A stretch of 64,000 bases of DNA, taken from contig JBHELK010000101.1 in NCBI GenBank assembly GCA_046263085.1, positions 2,011 to 66,010 on the forward strand. Reading direction: 5' to 3'. The stretch is from Actinomycetota bacterium. Lineage in GTDB: Bacteria; Actinomycetota; UBA4738; JACQTL01. The translations under genes and the position numbers were made by a program. Shown here in pieces: positions 54,060-63,986 of this stretch (within the stretch, counting starts at the first letter, position 1; each line of letters starts with the position of its first letter). The notes beneath the pieces are model-generated. The model was not told the DNA's origin, made no database searches, and worked only from the letters and a program-made list of their open reading frames with translations.

Positions 54060-55454
54060 TCAGCACACCGTGAGCGGCGTCCCGTCCGGGGCGGGGACTC
54101 CGGGCCCCAGGTAGACCCCCGGCTGCGTGAGGCTGCATCCGTCGCTCTGGCGGGCGAAGGCGATCTCCGTGCCGGTCCCCCGGTCCCGCGCGTAGACCAC
54201 CATGAGGGCACCCGTATCGTGCGCGACCTGCATGTCGAAGAAGTCGAGCAGCTTCCGGTCGTCCCCGCTGCATCCGGTGCCGTTCGTGCAGATGTTGCCG
54301 GTGTGGAAGCTCGACTGGGCGACCGCCGGCGTGAACGTCGGTGCGGCATCGAGCGCATCGAGCGTGGAGGACACGTCGACGTCCCAGATGGCGCCGGGCA
54401 CGTTGTTCGGATCGCCCACCGTGCTCGTGCCGAACCAGGAGACCGCCACGCGGCCGGCAGCCCCGGCCATCACGTTGGGGAAGATCGCCGTACCGCTGAT
54501 CCCCCGGCTCACGGCGACCGGCGCCGACCACGTGGCGCCCTTGTCGCTCGAGTGCGAGAGGTACAGCGTGAAGCCGTTCCCCTTGTCCTCGGACCATGCG
54601 GTGTAGACGTTGCCGGCGGAATCCGTGGCCATCACCGGGAAGTCGTTGCCGGTACCGCCCGGGCCCGAGCCCGTGACATGGGTGGTGGTGAAGGACAGAC
54701 CTCCGTCCCCGCTGATGGCGACCGCGACGCCACTGGGACCGTCCGGATAGGGGAAGTACAGGGTGCCGTCCGTCGGGTCGATGGCCGGACGCCCCGGCGA
54801 CACGCCGCCGGGCACGGTCGCGAAGGTGGTCTGCGGGAAGAAGCGCGCGCCGATCGGGCTGTTCGCGAGATCGGCCTTCACCACCTCCAGGCCCTTGAAG
54901 CCGTCGTACCAGCCGTAGAGCGCGTCCTCCATCGGCGAGTACAGGAACCATTCCCGGTCGGAGGCCGGGTCGTGGGAAGCGGGCGACCAGTCCCAGTGCT
55001 GCCCGCCGTCGGAGGAGATGTAGATGGAGTCGCTCCCGAGCCAGAGCTCGCCCTCGTAGACGGTCCCGCGCTTGTCGACGGCGAGCTCCGTGTCACCGCC
55101 GGTGAAGGCGTCGGCGTACGACGGCGAGCCGGTGGCTGCAGGGAAGATCGGCTTGGCCCAAGTCGTGCCGTCGTCGGTCGACTTCCACACGGGGCTGGAC
55201 TTGTTGTTGCAGCAGATGAGGAGCGTGCGTGGGGTGCTGACCCAGAGCGTCCCGTCGAGCGGCGAGACGACGAGCGACGGCTCCCCGCAGGGGTTGTAGC
55301 ACGTGGCCGAGGTGCTCCCGGTCGAGCCGGACTGAGGCAGGACGACGGGTGCCGAGAAGGTGAACGGATGCACCGTGACGGTCGCTCCAGCGCGCCCGGG
55401 CACGAGCACCGCCAGCAGGATCAACGCCACCATCGCACCGAATGGCTTCCTCAT
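54060..55454 (-). CDS. secreted BNR/sialidase-fold protein
   Basis: Signal peptide. STDDGTTW, SSDGGQHW, SGDGGLSF, SSDKGATW Asp-box motifs. Confidence 0.6.
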   Translation of the reverse strand: MRKPFGAMVALILLAVLVPGRAGATVTVHPFTFSAPVVLPQSGSTGSTSATCYNPCGEPSLVVSPLDGTLWVSTPRTLLICCNNKSSPVWKSTDDGTTWAKPIFPAATGSPSYADAFTGGDTELAVDKRGTVYEGELWLGSDSIYISSDGGQHWDWSPASHDPASDREWFLYSPMEDALYGWYDGFKGLEVVKADLANSPIGARFFPQTTFATVPGGVSPGRPAIDPTDGTLYFPYPDGPSGVAVAISGDGGLSFTTTHVTGSGPGGTGNDFPVMATDSAGNVYTAWSEDKGNGFTLYLSHSSDKGATWSAPVAVSRGISGTAIFPNVMAGAAGRVAVSWFGTSTVGDPNNVPGAIWDVDVSSTLDALDAAPTFTPAVAQSSFHTGNICTNGTGCSGDDRKLLDFFDMQVAHDTGALMVVYARDRGTGTEIAFARQSDGCSLTQPGVYLGPGVPAPDGTPLTVC

Positions 55455-55512
55455 CCCCAGAAATCCGTACCCGCGGCGAGGAGAGGGAAAACGAATCCGC
55501 CGGCAGACTCGC

Positions 55513-55944
55513 CTATCGCACGATCAGCACGGAGCAGGGGGCGTGCCGACTGACTCGCTCAGCCGCCCCCCCGGGAAGGAGTCCCCAGACGCCCGATCGA
55601 CCGACGTGGCCGATCACGATGAGATCGACGTCGCCCGCCTTGGCCGCCTCGATGATCGAGCTCGCCGTGTGTCCGGCCGCCACTTCGGTGGACAGCCGCA
55701 CGCCGGCTTCACCCGCCAGGCGCTGTGCTTCGGTGAGCGCGGTTGCGGCCTCGGATCGCTCCACCTCCAGCTCCTCCTTCACCTCACCGACGGTCGCGCC
55801 GTAGTGCGGCAGGTGTGCCTCGACGGCGACCGCGTGAAGATCCGCGCCGGAGACTCTCGCGATCTGCAACGCGACTTCGAGAGCTCGCTGCGCACCGGCC
55901 GACCCGTCGAACGCCACGAGGATCTTCGAGAACGGCCGATCCAT
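55513..55944 (-). CDS. universal stress protein (UspA family)
   Basis: ILVAFDGS ... DLIVIGHVGRSG ... ATP-binding G-x2-G-x9-G-S pattern. Start MDRPFSK at 55944; the ORF extends to 55971. Confidence 0.8.
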   Translation of the reverse strand: MDRPFSKILVAFDGSAGAQRALEVALQIARVSGADLHAVAVEAHLPHYGATVGEVKEELEVERSEAATALTEAQRLAGEAGVRLSTEVAAGHTASSIIEAAKAGDVDLIVIGHVGRSGVWGLLPGGAAERVSRHAPCSVLIVR

Positions 55945-56013
55945 GGAGCGATTATCGACGACGGGCCGCATGGAGGCTTTGACGTTCGACTCCGCCGTTC
56001 CTAGACTGTGACT

Positions 56014-56102
56014 CGGCGATGGAGCGCCGCCCGGGTCCCTCGGACCCGAACAGCCCTACAACCCGGCTAATGGCTCCTGGCGAACAGCCAGGGGCTTTTT
56101 TG
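56014..56102 (+). ncRNA. candidate fluoride riboswitch (crcB motif) with intrinsic-terminator expression platform
   Basis: GGCGAUGGAGCGCCGCC: P1 GGCG/CGCC with loop GGAGC complementary to downstream GCUCC (pseudoknot). Linker AACA. Short P3 GCC..GGC. Conserved UAAUGGCUCCU. This matches the T. petrophila aptamer GGGCGAUGAGGCCCGCCC...CUGAUGGCCUCU with covarying pseudoknot. Then hairpin CCUGGCgaacaGCCAGG plus U6, immediately before the SD of the antiporter gene. Confidence 0.55.
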
Positions 56103-56118
56103 TTGCCTGGAGGACGAG

Positions 56119-57357
56119 TTGGATCCACACATCCTGTACACGGCGATGCTCCTCGGAGTCCTCGTGCTCGTGGCGAGCATGGCCTCCGTCGAGCTCGCCC
56201 TCTCCATCGCCATCATCGAGATCGCCCTGGGGGTGTTCGCCGGCAACGTCTTGGATCTCCACACGTCCGAGTGGCTGGACTTCCTCGCCGGATTCGGCTC
56301 GATCGTCCTTACGTTCCTGGCAGGCGCCGAGGTCGACCCCGACCTGATGCGAGCCGAGCTCAAGGAGAGCGCCCTCATCGGCGGCGTGTCGTTCATCGTC
56401 CCGTTCGCCGCGACCCTCGGTGTCACCTATTTCCTGATCGGCTGGGATCTCAAGGCCTCCGAGATCGCGGCCGCCGCGATGTCGACGACCTCGCTCGCCG
56501 TCGTGTACGCGGTCCTCGTGGAGACCGGCCTCACGGAAACGGAGTTCGGGAAGCTCATCATGGCCGCGACGTTCTTCACCGACTTCGGCACGGCGGCCGC
56601 ATTGACGATCCTGTTCATCAAGCCGACGATCTGGATGATTCCCTTCGTTGGGGTCTCCATCGCGATCATCGTCGCGATGCGAGTCCTGGAGCCGTGGTTC
56701 TTCAAACGGTACGGCAACCGGGTGATCGAGCCCGAGCTGAAAGGCGCATTCGCGGCGCTCCTCATCCTGATGTATTTCGGGGCGAAGGCCCAGAGCCACG
56801 CCGTGCTGCCCGCGTTCCTCCTCGGTCTCGCGCTCGCGAAGACCTTCGAGCGGCACCGCGTCGAACAACAACGGTTCCGGGTCGTCGCGTTCGCGTTCCT
56901 CACGCCGTTCTTCTTCCTGAAGAGCGGGATGAACGTCTCCCTGAGCGCCGTGTGGGCCAACATCGGCCTGCTGGCGGTGTTCCTCGGCGTCAAGCTCGCC
57001 GGGAAGTTCGTGGGCGTGTATCCGCTCGCGCGGCGATACGTACCGGAGCGGCGCAACGCCAACTACCTGACGCTGTTGATGAGCACCGGGTTGACGTTCG
57101 GGACGATCTCTTCCCTCTACGGGCTTCAAGCTGGGATCATCAACGAGGCGCAGTTCTCAGTCCTCGTTACCGTGGTCGTGCTGACCGCGATCGTCCCGAC
57201 GGCGATCGCGCAGCGTTTCTTCCATCCCGCCGTGACGACGATCGGTCCGCCTCCCGAAGGCTCAGATCGGTCTGAGGCAGCCACGTTTCCCGAATCGGCC
57301 GCCGGATACTCGGGAAAGAGCACCGACCCATCAGAGGAACGAGCACCCGAGACGTGA
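56119..57357 (+). CDS. cation/H+ antiporter (CPA2 / Kef-NapA type Na+/H+ exchanger family)
   Basis: 412 aa, 11-12 TM segments, Na_H_Exchanger-like profile. TTG start 5 nt after the GGAGGA SD. Confidence 0.8.
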   Translation: MDPHILYTAMLLGVLVLVASMASVELALSIAIIEIALGVFAGNVLDLHTSEWLDFLAGFGSIVLTFLAGAEVDPDLMRAELKESALIGGVSFIVPFAATLGVTYFLIGWDLKASEIAAAAMSTTSLAVVYAVLVETGLTETEFGKLIMAATFFTDFGTAAALTILFIKPTIWMIPFVGVSIAIIVAMRVLEPWFFKRYGNRVIEPELKGAFAALLILMYFGAKAQSHAVLPAFLLGLALAKTFERHRVEQQRFRVVAFAFLTPFFFLKSGMNVSLSAVWANIGLLAVFLGVKLAGKFVGVYPLARRYVPERRNANYLTLLMSTGLTFGTISSLYGLQAGIINEAQFSVLVTVVVLTAIVPTAIAQRFFHPAVTTIGPPPEGSDRSEAATFPESAAGYSGKSTDPSEERAPET

Positions 57358-57366
57358 CCGGGAAGG

Positions 57367-58563
57367 TCACGTCCGAGGGTGTGCCCCGGCGGCGACTCGG
57401 ATGAAGAAGGGGATCGCGAGGGCCTGCGCCGCCATCGAGAACGCGACGGCGCCGCCGATCGAGAACGTGTAGAGGCCTCCGATCGCGGCGCTGCCGAGGA
57501 ACCAGGAGATCCCGTACCCCGCGGTGAACAGGCCGTAGGCCGAGGCTCGCCGCTGGACCGGCACCATCGGCGCGACGGCCGCGGGCACGATCGACTCGTG
57601 GACGCCCATCCCCAGTCCCCACAGGGAGGCCCCGACGAGCGCAGGCCAGAACCCACCCAGGAAGACGAGCGGTGCGAACAGGGCGGAGACGATGGTCAGC
57701 GGGATGAGGATGCGGATGCCCGTGCGATCGAACAGGCGCCCGAACAGGAGCGATCCGATCCCGCTCACGCCCATCGCGACCGCGTAAAAGATCGGGATCA
57801 TCGCGGCGGACACCGTCGAGGTGCGGGCGAAATGGAACGCGATGATCGGGTAGTCGGCGAAGCCCGCCCCGACGAGCGCCGCGCCCGCGAGATACACCCA
57901 GAAGATCCGGGGGAGGCCTTCGGCCTGCACGTCCGGAGGCTCGGTCTCCATCTCCTCAGGCCGCGGGTAGAGCAGACGGGCCACCACCAGGACGGCGAGC
58001 GTGATCGCGGCGGGAACCGCGAGGACCGCAAAGGCGAGACGGAACCCGCCGTGCCGCAGGGCGAGCACACCGCCGATCGCCAGCGGTCCGAGCAGGGCGC
58101 CGAACTGATCGAGGGCCTCGTGCAGCCCGAACGCCCATCCGTATCCCCCGAGCTGCTTGCCCGCGTGCGACAGCATCACGTCGCGTGGCGGGTTCCGGGT
58201 GGCCTTCCCCACGCGCTCCAGGACGATCAGCAGCGCGGCGACCTGCCAGCTCCCGGCCAGTGCCAGGAGCGGCACGACCGACATCTGCAGCACGTACCCG
58301 GCGATCGTGATCGGCCAGAACTGCCTCGTCCGATCGGCCAGCCGACCGGAGACCACACGGAGCCCGTAGCCGAGGAGCTCGCCGAACCCGCTGACCGCCC
58401 CGACCGTGAACGCTCCCGCCCCGAGCGCCGCGAGGAACGGACCGACGATCGACCTCGACCCCTCGTACGTGAGGTCGGCGAAGAGGCTCATGACTCCCAC
58501 GAGGAGCACGAACCTCAGCGCGGTCGATCTCGCCGAGGCCTCTCGGCGCGACGACGAGATCAC
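57367..58563 (-). CDS. MFS transporter
   Basis: 398 aa, 12 TM segments, MFS motif GRLADRTR. Confidence 0.8.
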   Translation of the reverse strand: MISSSRREASARSTALRFVLLVGVMSLFADLTYEGSRSIVGPFLAALGAGAFTVGAVSGFGELLGYGLRVVSGRLADRTRQFWPITIAGYVLQMSVVPLLALAGSWQVAALLIVLERVGKATRNPPRDVMLSHAGKQLGGYGWAFGLHEALDQFGALLGPLAIGGVLALRHGGFRLAFAVLAVPAAITLAVLVVARLLYPRPEEMETEPPDVQAEGLPRIFWVYLAGAALVGAGFADYPIIAFHFARTSTVSAAMIPIFYAVAMGVSGIGSLLFGRLFDRTGIRILIPLTIVSALFAPLVFLGGFWPALVGASLWGLGMGVHESIVPAAVAPMVPVQRRASAYGLFTAGYGISWFLGSAAIGGLYTFSIGGAVAFSMAAQALAIPFFIRVAAGAHPRT

Positions 58564-59096
58564 GGCCTACCGATGCGCCGGAAGAATCCGAGCGTCCGCT
58601 CCCGACGGCTCTCGTTCGACTCGAAGTGCGGGGGCTCGTAGGAATCGACGGCGAGCGTCTTCGTCCCGTCGACCGGGGGCTCGACCGAATCCGGATCGAC
58701 ACCGCGCGCTCGGAGCTCGCCCTCGAGCCGGCGGAGCTCGGCGCGCAGCGCCTTGGCCTCCTCCTTCAGGGGCGGAACCAGGTCCTTGTTCAGCTCGAGG
58801 TGGAGCTCGTAGGTGCGTTGCTCGTCGCGCTCGGCCCTCGCGAATCGCTCGCGGCCGGTGACGAACGTGAAGCGGTGGGCCGCGACGATGCCGGCGCGAT
58901 GCGCGAAGTGCCTCCGCAGTCGCGCCAACCGCTCCGGCGCGGGCAGGTCCGCGGGGAACGTCTCATCGATCGGTTGCGCGAGGATCCGCCGGGCCCTCTC
59001 GACGGCCTCGTTGACGAGCGCGCGGTCGTCCTCGTCGGGATACGCGCGCCGCAGCCGTTCCCAGTCCACCACGAGGATCCTCACCCGTCCGCTCAC
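58560..59096 (-). CDS. hypothetical charged coiled-coil protein (dynamin operon partner 2)
   Basis: GTG start at 59096 overlaps the upstream stop (GTGA). No known domain. 4-nt overlap with the MFS gene. Confidence 0.4.
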   Translation of the reverse strand: MSGRVRILVVDWERLRRAYPDEDDRALVNEAVERARRILAQPIDETFPADLPAPERLARLRRHFAHRAGIVAAHRFTFVTGRERFARAERDEQRTYELHLELNKDLVPPLKEEAKALRAELRRLEGELRARGVDPDSVEPPVDGTKTLAVDSYEPPHFESNESRRERTLGFFRRIGRP

Positions 59097-59518
59097 GCGC
59101 GGTCCAGTCGCTCGCGCAGGGCGTCGATCCTCGACCGGTAGTCCTCGATGTCCTCGCGGAGGCGCGGGATCATCCACTCACGGGTCACGGCGATCTCCCG
59201 TCCCCGCATCCGGGTCACCAGTTCCTGCTGCTCCGCCTGCCGGCCCCTGTCGTAGAGCCAGTACCTGAGGGTCGGCTCGATCGCGGTGAAACGGCCGAGC
59301 ACGCCGAGCAACGCGTCGAAACGCTCCTCGTCGGTCGAGGGCCGTTGCATCGCCGCCTCGGCGAGCATGTCGAACAGGCCCATCGACACGAGGAACCGCA
59401 TCTCGGCTTCATCCGGCGGGAGGGCGGATGGGCCGACCGCAAGCTCGACCACGTCGTCCGAGACGTGCTCGTAGTCGAGGTCGGCGTCGAGTCCGGCGAA
59501 CGGGTCCTCCCGGCTCAC
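59093..59518 (-). CDS. hypothetical acidic protein (dynamin operon partner 1)
   Basis: 141 aa. 4-nt overlap with the dynamin stop. No known domain. Confidence 0.4.
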   Translation of the reverse strand: MSREDPFAGLDADLDYEHVSDDVVELAVGPSALPPDEAEMRFLVSMGLFDMLAEAAMQRPSTDEERFDALLGVLGRFTAIEPTLRYWLYDRGRQAEQQELVTRMRGREIAVTREWMIPRLREDIEDYRSRIDALRERLDRA

Positions 59519-61296
59519 GCGGTCCCGCTCTTGACAAGTGGCGCAGCGCGCTCGGCGATCTGTCCGAGCCGCGACTCGATCTCCAGCAGTCGCGTTCGCT
59601 GTTCGGCCAATCGCGTCTTCGCGATGTCGACGCGTTCGGCGCTCGCGGCGCGATCAACCATGGCCCGCTCGACGCCGTGACGGAGGCTCTCGATGGTCGC
59701 TGCCAGACGGCGGTCGAGGGTCCGTTGCAAGGAGACGCGGCTGCGATCGAGGCGCTGCTGAAAGTCCCAACGCAGCCGGCCGGCGTGCTTGTCCAGGAGG
59801 TCGGGGATGCGCGTTCGCACCTCCCTGAGGGCAAGTTTCCGGGCCATACCGGCCGGGAGGTATCGCCGAACGTCGGGAAGCAGGCTCTCGAGCATCGTCG
59901 GCACCTCGCGCAACGAGTACGTGAAACGCGACTCCGGCGTGATGCCCCGGAGCGGGGAGGAGATCTCGAGGCGGAGACCGAAGACCTCCCCGGTCAGGCG
60001 AACGGTCCGCTGCACGAGCTCGTTCGTCTGGTCCACGAAGCGCTCCGTGGCCTCGTCGAAGCGCTCGGCGATCCGGACTTCCTCCTCGGTGCGCCACCGA
60101 TCGACGGAGCGCCGGACGGACCGACCGATCCGGTCCTCGAGCTGCGCCGTCGCCTCTCGCAGATCCTCGGTCGACCCGAGCTCCCGATCTATCTCCTCGA
60201 CCACCGCGGCGGCGTCGCGATCGCGGAACGACCGGAGGTCCGCCTCGACCGCGGCGAGCAGCTTGCGCAGCTCCCCGTCGAGGAGGACGCGCGTGTCCTC
60301 GCGGGATCGCTCGGCTTCGGCGAAGATGCGCTCCATCTCCCGTGTCTTCTCCGCGAGCTCACGCTCCGGGATGCCGAGCGTGCGCTCCTCCATCTCCAGC
60401 GAATTCCTCTCGTCGGCGAGCAGCTTCCCGGCCTGTCCCGCTACCGAGAGCACGATCGCGGCCCCCTTCTCCCGCAGGAGGAATTCCCTGAAGTCACGCT
60501 CGAATCGCGGGAACCCGCTGGCCGCGAGCCGTTCGGTGTCGCGGACGGCCTTCGCCCGAAGGGCCTCGCGTGCGGATACCGGATAGACCGCCGTCTGCCG
60601 CCCGAGCGCTTCCTCCAGCACCCCCTCGGTGAAGGCGACGGCCTCGCCTCGCTCCGCTTCCGACAGATAGTCCGCCTTGTTCAGGACGAAGAACATGCGC
60701 GCCGACGCGTCGCGGACCTCCTCTAGGAACGATCGCTCTCCCTCCGAGATGGGGGGGTCGGCGGACGTGAGGAACAGCGCGGCATCGGCCTCGGGCAGGA
60801 ACGCCCGCGCGACGTCGGTGTTGTGCCGGTACACGCTGCCGACGCCGGGCGTGTCGACGAGGTGGACGCCGTCGCGCAGATCCTCTGCCGGGTAGTGGAG
60901 CACGGCGCGATCGACACGCAGCTCGTTGCCCGGGTTCTCCCGCTCGGTCACGTAGCGGGACAGGGAGTCGACGACGATGTCCTCGGTCCGGCCGTCCTGA
61001 TAGACCACCTCCGCCCGCACCTCCGGGCCGTGCGCCACCACCGTCACGACCGAGGTCAGGGGAACGACCGCCGCCGGCAGGATCTCCGTGCCGAGCAGCG
61101 CGTTCACGAACGTGGTCTTCCCTCGCTTGAACTCGCCGACGACGACCACGTTGAACCGTTCGTCGACGAGCTTATTGTCGAGCTCGCGCAGGGATTCCGC
61201 GACCGACGAGCTCCCCCGGCTCTCGGCGATGGCCGCGGACGCGCGCAGCGTGTCGAGCAACTCCGCCTTCAGATCCGCGTACGTGGTCTCGGCCAT
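59515..61296 (-). CDS. bacterial dynamin-like GTPase
   Basis: P-loop GEFKRGKTTFVNALLG, DTPG, NKAD G-motifs, long coiled-coil stalk. Start MAETTYADLK at 61296 with a GAGGTAGGGG SD; the ORF extends to 61374. Confidence 0.75.
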   Translation of the reverse strand: MAETTYADLKAELLDTLRASAAIAESRGSSSVAESLRELDNKLVDERFNVVVVGEFKRGKTTFVNALLGTEILPAAVVPLTSVVTVVAHGPEVRAEVVYQDGRTEDIVVDSLSRYVTERENPGNELRVDRAVLHYPAEDLRDGVHLVDTPGVGSVYRHNTDVARAFLPEADAALFLTSADPPISEGERSFLEEVRDASARMFFVLNKADYLSEAERGEAVAFTEGVLEEALGRQTAVYPVSAREALRAKAVRDTERLAASGFPRFERDFREFLLREKGAAIVLSVAGQAGKLLADERNSLEMEERTLGIPERELAEKTREMERIFAEAERSREDTRVLLDGELRKLLAAVEADLRSFRDRDAAAVVEEIDRELGSTEDLREATAQLEDRIGRSVRRSVDRWRTEEEVRIAERFDEATERFVDQTNELVQRTVRLTGEVFGLRLEISSPLRGITPESRFTYSLREVPTMLESLLPDVRRYLPAGMARKLALREVRTRIPDLLDKHAGRLRWDFQQRLDRSRVSLQRTLDRRLAATIESLRHGVERAMVDRAASAERVDIAKTRLAEQRTRLLEIESRLGQIAERAAPLVKSGTA

Positions 61297-61399
61297 GGAG
61301 CTACCCCTACCTCGATCGATGGTAGGAGCTATCAGCCCGGGAGGGCGTTCGGCGAGCTCCATCGCCTGATCCATCCCGAGTATAGGTGGTCGGACGGAG

Positions 61400-62803
61400 C
61401 TAACGGCCGGGTAGGTTCTCCCACCAGCCGGTCATGTCGCGGAGATCCGGCGGCCACTCCTTCTCGTCCCGGTAGAAGTGGAAGGCGTCGGTGCCGAGGC
61501 AGTCGCGAACCGGGGGCAGCGGATCCGGCGGCCGCGGCTTGTCGCGGAAGCTGAACACGTGCTCGAAGTTGTGGGTCTTCGCGATGCGATCGGTGAGGTA
61601 CGGCAGGTCCCAGTTGTCCGACACGAACTTCAGCGGAGAGGAGAACTCCCCGAGAGCGCGGTCGATGTAGCCCTTCTTCGCGTACGGCGAGATCACGAGG
61701 GCCGGCACGCGGAGGCCGAGCCCGAGGTGGTCGACCTTCGGCGGGGGGACGTGGTCGTAGAACCCGCCCCACTCGTCCCATGCGATGAAGATCGCGGTGC
61801 TCTCCCACATGCGGCTGCGCATGATGGCGTTCACCACGCTCGTCACCCAGTTGTGGCCGAAGCACGTGCTGAAGGGCGGATGGTCCGACAGCTCCATCCG
61901 GGGCGTGATCCACGTCATCGACGGCAGCGCGCCGCGGCGGATGTCGGCCAGCAGCCCGTCCACCGGCCTGATGTGCTGATCCCACATGTCCGTGTAGAAG
62001 ACATGGCCGATCGCGTTGTACGAGCTCCAGAAGTAGCCGGACTGCCGGTTCGTGGCCGAGTACATGGCCCATCCGATGTCCTTGTCGCCGAGCTGGTCCC
62101 CGACGGTCCGGAAGTCGAAGCACGTCCCGCGCTCCGAGATCCTCCCCCTGGCGTCCTTGATGAGGATCGTGGCCTCCTCGTTCGCGTCGCATCCCCATGT
62201 GGAGACATGCGCGCCGGGGAGACGCTTGAGGTGGTCCGGGTTGTTGATCGTGTCACCGCACTGGCCCGCGATCATGAACAGGTGGTTCGGGTGCGAGGGG
62301 CCGAGCACCGAGGCGAAGAAGTTGTCGCACACCACGTAGTCGCGCGCCCATTGCCAGTAGTTCGGCACGTCCTGCTCCGGGAGCTGCGAGTAGGCGAAGG
62401 CCTCGCCCACCGGCCCCTGCGCGAAGCCGTCCATGCGCCCCTCGTTCAGCGAGTTCAGGCCGGCGTAGTAGTCATGAGGGAGATCGCCGGGCAGCCACTG
62501 CGGCGTGGCGGCGAGCGGGACCTCCCGTCCATCGCTCACACCGACCGTCGCGCCGTTCACGCCGGGCAGGGTGCCGAAGAGGTGATCGAAGCTGCGGTTC
62601 TCGAGCATGAGGTAGACGACCCGCTTGATCGGCCACCGGGTGTCGATGTCCTCGGGCCTCACCCCGGATGCAACGGAGCCGGCGATGCTGGGATACGTCC
62701 GCGGCGGACGAGGTGTCGCGCTGTCGCCCCAGCACGAGGTGAGCAGGGATCCGGCGGCCGCGGCGAAGGCTCGCTCGAGGAACTCCCGTCGAGAAAGGGT
62801 CAT
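61400..62803 (-). CDS. phosphoesterase family protein (non-haemolytic phospholipase C / acid phosphatase AcpA-like), TAT lipoprotein
   Basis: TAT motif SRREFLERA, lipobox LTSC, phosphoesterase motifs ([20 protein letters not shown]). Confidence 0.75.
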   Translation of the reverse strand: MTLSRREFLERAFAAAAGSLLTSCWGDSATPRPPRTYPSIAGSVASGVRPEDIDTRWPIKRVVYLMLENRSFDHLFGTLPGVNGATVGVSDGREVPLAATPQWLPGDLPHDYYAGLNSLNEGRMDGFAQGPVGEAFAYSQLPEQDVPNYWQWARDYVVCDNFFASVLGPSHPNHLFMIAGQCGDTINNPDHLKRLPGAHVSTWGCDANEEATILIKDARGRISERGTCFDFRTVGDQLGDKDIGWAMYSATNRQSGYFWSSYNAIGHVFYTDMWDQHIRPVDGLLADIRRGALPSMTWITPRMELSDHPPFSTCFGHNWVTSVVNAIMRSRMWESTAIFIAWDEWGGFYDHVPPPKVDHLGLGLRVPALVISPYAKKGYIDRALGEFSSPLKFVSDNWDLPYLTDRIAKTHNFEHVFSFRDKPRPPDPLPPVRDCLGTDAFHFYRDEKEWPPDLRDMTGWWENLPGR

Positions 62804-62833
62804 GCAGTGGGCGCGGCCGGCAGGCCGCGGCCG

Positions 62834-63037
62834 CTATCGCTCGATCCGGAACCTGATGCGGACGTGCGTCTGGTACTCCTTTATCTGATCGTCCTGGACG
62901 ACGGCGCTGGTCTCCAGGACGTCCATGCCCTCGATCCCCCGCAGCGTCTTCGCGGCCTCCTGGAGCGCCTGCTGCGCCGCGTCGCGCCACGACTCCGCCG
63001 ACACCCCCACCAGATCGATGGTCTTGATGACCGCCAC
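62834..63037 (-). CDS. dodecin (flavin-binding) family protein
   Basis: 67 aa, VIKTIDLVGVS ... characteristic of dodecins. Confidence 0.65.
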   Translation of the reverse strand: MAVIKTIDLVGVSAESWRDAAQQALQEAAKTLRGIEGMDVLETSAVVQDDQIKEYQTHVRIRFRIER

Positions 63038-63077
63038 GTCCGCTCCTCCTCGCTGCCGGGTCCGGCGATTCTAGGGG

Positions 63078-63986
63078 CTACTCGGCGCCGCTGTAGACGG
63101 CGATCATCCGCTGGTAGTTCTGGGCGATGCCGGAGATCGCGGTCTCGCGCGACATCTGGCCGTCGACGAAGGACTTCAGCGGGTCCCACCAGATGGTGCG
63201 GCCGATGGCGAACCCGATGTAGCCCGCCACCCCGGCGCCCGTCTTCAGCCAGTGCTCCACGGAGGCCTCGTTCGCGCCGCGGCCGAGGACCACGCAGACC
63301 ACGCCGTCGCGACCGTCCTTGCGGACCTCGGCGGAGATCGTCTCGCAGTCCTCGCGCTTGTCGATGCCCTCGATCTTCCAGATATCCGGCTCGACGCCGC
63401 GCTCGTGGAGCTCCGCGACGGCGCGGCGCATGAGCTCGGGTCGGAGCTCCTTGTCGTAGCGGTCGGTTTCGCCGCCGACGCCCGAGAGCTGCGACTCCTC
63501 GGCCGGCACGAGCAGCTCGAAGAGGAACTTGCGGCCGTTCTCGTGCAGCCACTCGCCGAGCCGCTTCAGGCGCTCGGACTGACGGCTGTTCATCCCCTGG
63601 TCGCCCTCGACGTTGTATCGGACGAGCACCTTGGAGAACGTGGGATCGAACTCCTCGATGTGCCCGCCGAAGTCGTCCCCGTACTGGAAGTCGAACTCGT
63701 CCTGCCCCGACTTCTCGACCGGCATCGCGAAGAGGTAGCCCTCCTTCTTCGCCCGGCGAACGATGTCGGCGCCGAACTGCTCGTCGACCAGGATGCCGCC
63801 GCTCTCCTTGGGCGCGCCGTCGTCGATGGCCTTCTGGAACCCCTCGAAGATCACCGTCTTGGCGTCGGAGATGCGCTCGGCCTCCTCCGGGTTGGGCTCG
63901 CCGGTGATGCCGAAGAACTTCTTCTGGAACGACCCTCGATGGTCGAACGCCAGGATGTACAGCGCCTTGTCGTACCCGAGTGCCAT
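63078..63986 (-). CDS. DUF2090 / DeoC-LacD-like aldolase family protein (inositol/deoxy-sugar catabolism-type)
   Basis: YILAFDHRGSF ... resembles the C-terminal DUF2090 domain of IolC-like proteins and the tagatose-bisphosphate aldolase fold. 302 aa. Confidence 0.5.
   Translation of the reverse strand: MALGYDKALYILAFDHRGSFQKKFFGITGEPNPEEAERISDAKTVIFEGFQKAIDDGAPKESGGILVDEQFGADIVRRAKKEGYLFAMPVEKSGQDEFDFQYGDDFGGHIEEFDPTFSKVLVRYNVEGDQGMNSRQSERLKRLGEWLHENGRKFLFELLVPAEESQLSGVGGETDRYDKELRPELMRRAVAELHERGVEPDIWKIEGIDKREDCETISAEVRKDGRDGVVCVVLGRGANEASVEHWLKTGAGVAGYIGFAIGRTIWWDPLKSFVDGQMSRETAISGIAQNYQRMIAVYSGAE

Noticed and set aside
59428-63433. Plus-strand ORFs 59428..60726, 59789..60586, 61478..63433
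   Set aside because: Antisense to the dynamin, phospholipase C and dodecin genes. Junk composition.
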